DNA of 64,000 nucleotides from an uncultured cyanobacterium (GTDB lineage Bacteria; Cyanobacteriota; Cyanobacteriia; Cyanobacteriales; CAWUOF01): NCBI GenBank assembly GCA_963744145.1, contig CAVUSO010000001.1, positions 128,001 to 192,000 of the forward strand, read 5' to 3'. Shown piece by piece: positions 63,669 to 64,000 of this stretch (position 1 is its first letter; each line of letters starts with the position of its first letter). The notes under the pieces were generated by a model. It saw only the letters and a program-made list of their open reading frames with translations, ran no database searches and was not told where the DNA came from. The position numbers and the translations under genes were made by a program.

Positions 63669-64000
63669 TTATTTTAGATGCTGCGACAGAAGGATTTAGC
63701 TATGCTTATATTGAGCAAGCAGCGATTCGGACTTGTTTAGATCCTACCACAGATGACAATTTAATTATCGCTGCTATTCATAATCGCGTGGGAGGTAGTG
63801 GACCATTTGGGTGTTTTTAGCACTCAATAATTTCAGCACTATAGAATTATAAATATATTGACGCCTGCCCTGGTGCGATCGCCGTGAATCAATCAAGACC
63901 AGACCAGACAGACGTCAAAGGTAAAATTTTGGATTGATTAGAAAAGACCTAGAGTAAAGGACTTATCAATCGGGAAAGTAGCACCAATTCCTAACCAAAT

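Overview
This is a cyanobacterial chromosome segment: AT-rich, dense in HIP1 (GCGATCGC) octamers, with PsbP, pentapeptide and cyanobacteriochrome genes. Core and signalling genes flank three unusual zones. (1) A ~17-kb defence island downstream of tRNA-Phe (7.9-24.6 kb) holds a complete type I restriction-modification (R-M) system, remnants of a second one, an IS4 with target-site duplication, and many toxin-antitoxin (TA) cassettes. These cassettes sit between duplicated R-M gene termini, and most toxins survive only as stubs. The island also has a small GIY-YIG nuclease gene embedded in arrays of a self-nesting REP-like hairpin. (2) A 38-49 kb cluster has five paralogues of one CBS-like N-terminal domain fused to GGDEF or histidine-kinase outputs, arranged around a DXCF cyanobacteriochrome kinase. 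(3) The avtA-ilvB intergenic region (51.4-55.1 kb) is expanded into a HIP1-bounded cassette/duplication array carrying a papain-fold toxin pair and TA fragments. All product calls come from motif recognition by eye; no database searches were run.
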